From Chloroflexota bacterium (GTDB lineage: Bacteria; Chloroflexota; Anaerolineae; Promineifilales; Promineifilaceae), in assembly GCA_020631655.1 (NCBI GenBank), contig JAHDGV010000004.1:1-47560 (forward strand): a stretch of DNA of 47,560 bases, written 5' to 3'. This document shows positions 45,041-47,560 of this stretch, one piece after another. The translations under genes and the position numbers were made by a program. Every line of letters starts with the position of its first letter. The stretch's first letter is position 1. The notes beneath the pieces were generated by a model. It worked only from the letters and a program-made list of their open reading frames with translations. It was not told the origin of the DNA and did no database searches.

Positions 45041-45772
45041 TTAACCAATCAGCCATTGGAACAGCAACATTCCGGCCGTTGATATAACCAACATCGTCAC
45101 AACGGTTGACATCGGTACTTCTTCACGGGCCTCTGGCAACATTTCTGAAAAGACCATCCAGATCATCGCCCCGGCGGCAAGCCCTAGCCCTACGGCTAAA
45201 AACGGCCGAAACGCCAGCACAAACAAAAAGGCAGGCACCGCCATGATCGGTTGTGGCAGACTAGAGAAAATGCTCCATCCGGCCGCACGCCACACGGTTG
45301 AACCACGTGGGATCAAGACAAGTGCAATCGCCAAACCTTCTGGGATATTGTGGATCGCAATCGCGGCTGAGATCAATGTTCCGAAATCTTGCCCGTCTCC
45401 AAATGAAACTCCCACGCCGATCCCTTCAGCAAATGAATGAACCGTCATAATGCCGATCACAAGGAGCATCTTCATCGCATCAGCGTTCCCCTCAAGCTCC
45501 CCAATATCCGGTTCATGCTCTTCCAAAAAGTAACCAGCCACAATAATGAGCACAACACCCAACAGCATGCCGACCACCAGCCGGATAGGGTTAATCTGCC
45601 ACCCTTCATAAACTAGACCTAAGCTGGCACCCAGCATAAGCCCGGCCGCAGCTGCATTTGCCGCTCCCAAAAAGGTACCGCTAATATTTTTGACAAAAAA
45701 GAACGGAAGTGCACCTAATCCAGTAAAAATTGCTGTAATTAACGCCGCACCAAAAACGTACCAAACATCCAT
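45041..45772 (-). CDS. zupT: ZIP-family divalent metal (zinc) transporter, ZupT-like
   Basis: 243 aa, multi-TM. Contains HSFAEGIGVG and AIHNIPEGLAIALV, the ZIP signature helices. Confidence 0.8.
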   Translation of the reverse strand: MDVWYVFGAALITAIFTGLGALPFFFVKNISGTFLGAANAAAAGLMLGASLGLVYEGWQINPIRLVVGMLLGVVLIIVAGYFLEEHEPDIGELEGNADAMKMLLVIGIMTVHSFAEGIGVGVSFGDGQDFGTLISAAIAIHNIPEGLAIALVLIPRGSTVWRAAGWSIFSSLPQPIMAVPAFLFVLAFRPFLAVGLGLAAGAMIWMVFSEMLPEAREEVPMSTVVTMLVISTAGMLLFQWLIG

Positions 45773-45797
45773 AAAACTAACCTCTGTTACAAACAGG

Positions 45798-45818
45798 TTT
45801 AACCATGGTTAAATTATA
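45798..45818. promoter_or_regulatory. TTTAACCATGGTTAAATTATA box: a 16-bp perfect palindrome abutting a minus-strand TATAAT
   Basis: TTTAACCATGGTTAAA (45798-45813) is a perfect palindrome. The minus-strand TATAAT is at 45818-45813, 41 nt upstream of the ZIP ATG (45772). Confidence 0.5.
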
Positions 45819-45904
45819 TTTTAAACTCTCAACATTTGCACCTTTCTTAGACAATATTGACCATTTATCCTTGCAACTTAATGGCTTCCTGCTACCCTCC
45901 CCAA

Positions 45905-47317
45905 ATGACCCAATTACACTATACATCAGCCATAGAGCTAGCCCGGATGATCCGGGACAAAGAAGTCAGTGTTGTTGATGTGATGAAGGCCCATCTTGCC
46001 CGCATTGCAGAAACCAATCCACAAGTAAACGCCATATGCACGCTTCTGCCAGAAGATGATTTATTGGCCCAAGCGGCCGAAAAAGATGCCCAGCTAGCGG
46101 CCGGTCACACTCCCGGCCCCCTGTTTGGCTTACCCATCGCAGTAAAAGATTTGGCCTTGACCAAAGGGATTCGCACGACCATGGGATCCTTAATCTACAA
46201 AGATTTTGTGCCTGATGTAGACGAGCTTTTTGTAGCACGGATGAAATCGGCCGGAGCGATTATCATCGGCAAAACCAACACCCCGGAATTTGGGGCAGGC
46301 TCAAACTCGTTTAACAAAGTTTTTGGCATGACCCGTAATCCATATGACCTGAGCAAAGTAGCGGGTGGGAGCACCGGCGGCGGCGCGGCCGCACTGGCGG
46401 CCGGTATGGTTCCATTGGCAGATGGGTCTGATCTGGGGGGATCGGTGCGGAACCCGCCTGGGTTTAACAATGTGTTTGGTCTGCGCCCAAGCCCCGGTCG
46501 GATTCCTCGCGTCCCCAACATGCAACCGTGGGGATCGATGCCGGTATTGGGGCCGATGGGGCGCTCGGTTGAAGATGCGGGGCTGTTGCTTTCGGTAATG
46601 GCCGGTTACGACGGCCGTGATCCGCTCGCCTTGCAGGGTGATCCAACCATTTATGCACAATCACTGGAAGCCGACATGCGGGGCAAAAAGATCGCCTGGA
46701 CGCCTGACTTAGGTCGTCTACCCGTTGACCCTGAAGTCGTTCTTGTCCTCGAAAAAAATCTAGCCATCCTTGAAGAGATGGGCTGTATTGTGGAGCGGGC
46801 ACATCCAAAACTTGAAGGGGGAGAAGAGGTGTTCCAAACGATGCGTGCGGCCGGATTTGCGGCCGGACTTCTGGAAGATCTGAAAAAGCACGCCGACAAA
46901 ATGAAGAAAACGGTGATTTGGAATATCGAAAAAGGGATTCCGATGACGGGGATTGAAATCGCGGCCGCGCAGAAAAAACGTGGGGAGCATTTTCAAGAGA
47001 TGGTGGCGTTCATGAACGAGTATGACTATCTGTTACTCCCCACTGCGCAGGTTCCTCCCTTCTCTGTTGATGTTGAATATCCTACGGAGATCAACGGTGT
47101 ACCGATGGAAACCTACATCGACTGGATGATGATTGTGAGCCTGATCACCAACACAGAACATCCGGCCGCTTCTGTACCAGGCGGATTTACAGCTGATGGT
47201 CTGCCGGTTGGCTTACAAATTGTCGGTAAATATCGGGACGAGCTAAGCGTTTTGCAATTTGCCCATGCGTTTGAGCAGGCTACCAAATTTGGGGAAACAC
47301 GGCCGGAGATTCAGTAA
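45905..47317 (+). CDS. Amidase-signature family amidase
   Basis: The signature is GGSTGGGAAALAAGMVPLADGSDLGGSVRNPPGFNNVFGLRPSPGRIP, with the catalytic Lys context IAVKDL. The start is moved to the ATG at 45905 (MTQLHYTSAIELARMI). The ATG at 45881 is an alternative. Confidence 0.85.
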   Translation: MTQLHYTSAIELARMIRDKEVSVVDVMKAHLARIAETNPQVNAICTLLPEDDLLAQAAEKDAQLAAGHTPGPLFGLPIAVKDLALTKGIRTTMGSLIYKDFVPDVDELFVARMKSAGAIIIGKTNTPEFGAGSNSFNKVFGMTRNPYDLSKVAGGSTGGGAAALAAGMVPLADGSDLGGSVRNPPGFNNVFGLRPSPGRIPRVPNMQPWGSMPVLGPMGRSVEDAGLLLSVMAGYDGRDPLALQGDPTIYAQSLEADMRGKKIAWTPDLGRLPVDPEVVLVLEKNLAILEEMGCIVERAHPKLEGGEEVFQTMRAAGFAAGLLEDLKKHADKMKKTVIWNIEKGIPMTGIEIAAAQKKRGEHFQEMVAFMNEYDYLLLPTAQVPPFSVDVEYPTEINGVPMETYIDWMMIVSLITNTEHPAASVPGGFTADGLPVGLQIVGKYRDELSVLQFAHAFEQATKFGETRPEIQ

Positions 47318-47325
47318 CAAGTTTT

Positions 47326-47365
47326 AAGTATGAAGTGGGTTGATTACGCATCCCACTTCATACTT
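47326..47365 (+). terminator. Perfect 14-bp hairpin downstream of the amidase gene (terminator-like, weak T tail)
   Basis: AAGTATGAAGTGGG (47326-47339) pairs with CCCACTTCATACTT (47352-47365) across a 12-nt loop. It starts 9 nt after the stop codon. Confidence 0.5.
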
Positions 47366-47447
47366 TCTACCAAAACTTTCGCTTGCAGGGAGCACTGAGC
47401 TTGTCGAAGTGCGCTCTCGCATTTTCGAAAGTCCTAACACCTTCAAA

Positions 47448-47560
47448 CTATTCAACTAAAACGGCCGGTTCACTCGGCTCCTCTGGCTTGCGCCAAATGT
47501 TGCGTGCAAAGTAGCTGATCCCCAATAACACCCCACCAAATCCGCTAAACAGAATCACAC
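47448..47560 (-). CDS. C-terminal fragment of a membrane protein (gene enters from beyond the window end)
   Basis: My reverse translation gives ..VILFSGFGGVLLGISYFARNIWRKPEEPSEPAVLVE followed by TAG at 47450-47448. It is too short to assign a family. Confidence 0.35.
   Translation of the reverse strand, partial: VILFSGFGGVLLGISYFARNIWRKPEEPSEPAVLVE

Noticed and set aside
46195-46996. Stack of minus-strand ORFs (108, 119, 114, 82 and 78 aa) opposite the amidase gene
   Set aside because: They are all antisense to an amidase with a textbook signature sequence. The translations are Arg/Pro-rich and typical of GC-rich antisense frames.
1-47560. Search for defence islands, toxin-antitoxin pairs, retrons, prophage or transposon remnants
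   Set aside because: I found no nuclease, helicase, reverse-transcriptase, integrase or transposase signatures in any substantial ORF. The only candidates for undescribed function are the unassigned gene pairs reported under findings.

Overview
This is a densely coding 47.6-kb bacterial chromosomal segment of about 50% GC by eye. I saw no rRNA, CRISPR array, transposase, integrase or phage genes. Several traits suggest a Chloroflexota-like organism, but that is inference only: PT-rich linkers, lipoprotein-type binding proteins, an RRM/RGG RNA-binding protein, and GC-rich GTAGGGG...CCCCTAC intergenic palindromes.

Gene content in order:
- 1-11.6 kb, minus strand: one long run headed by an Lrp/AsnC regulator. 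It continues with PotA-B-C-D, a GcvT-family aminomethyltransferase, a CrtI-like flavoprotein, an agmatinase-family ureohydrolase, a carbon-nitrogen hydrolase resembling N-carbamoylputrescine amidase, and three tandem GNAT-like paralogs.
- 11.7-18.3 kb, minus: a single 2200-aa secreted multidomain carbohydrate-active protein.
- 18.5-26.8 kb, plus: an amidohydrolase, two unassignable proteins, tRNA-Arg(TCT), Nnr, a two-subunit class I fumarate hydratase and an indoleamine 2,3-dioxygenase homolog.
- 27-35.2 kb, minus: two paralogous HlyD-type adaptors, a MacB-type ABC ATPase and permease, an OmpR-type response regulator, a histidine kinase and an M14 carboxypeptidase.
- 35.4-40.1 kb, minus: an RRM/RGG RNA-binding protein, SlyD, a hybrid histidine kinase and a FIST protein.
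- 40.5-47.6 kb, mixed strands: an IclR regulator, a membrane protein, a DUF3253-like protein, a GDPD phosphodiesterase, a P-loop/GNAT pair, a ZIP metal transporter and an amidase.

Most notable observations:
- The hexamer CGGCCG is extremely over-represented everywhere in the window.
- The Pot-linked catabolic operon has a composition that fits no canonical polyamine pathway.
- Large palindromic elements fill most non-overlapping gene junctions.
- There are candidate operator motifs: an 11-bp tandem repeat upstream of the efflux operon, a duplicated composite operator next to iclR, and TTAACCWWGGTTAAATTA boxes flanking the ZIP gene.

All functional calls come from motif recognition by eye. No database search was run.
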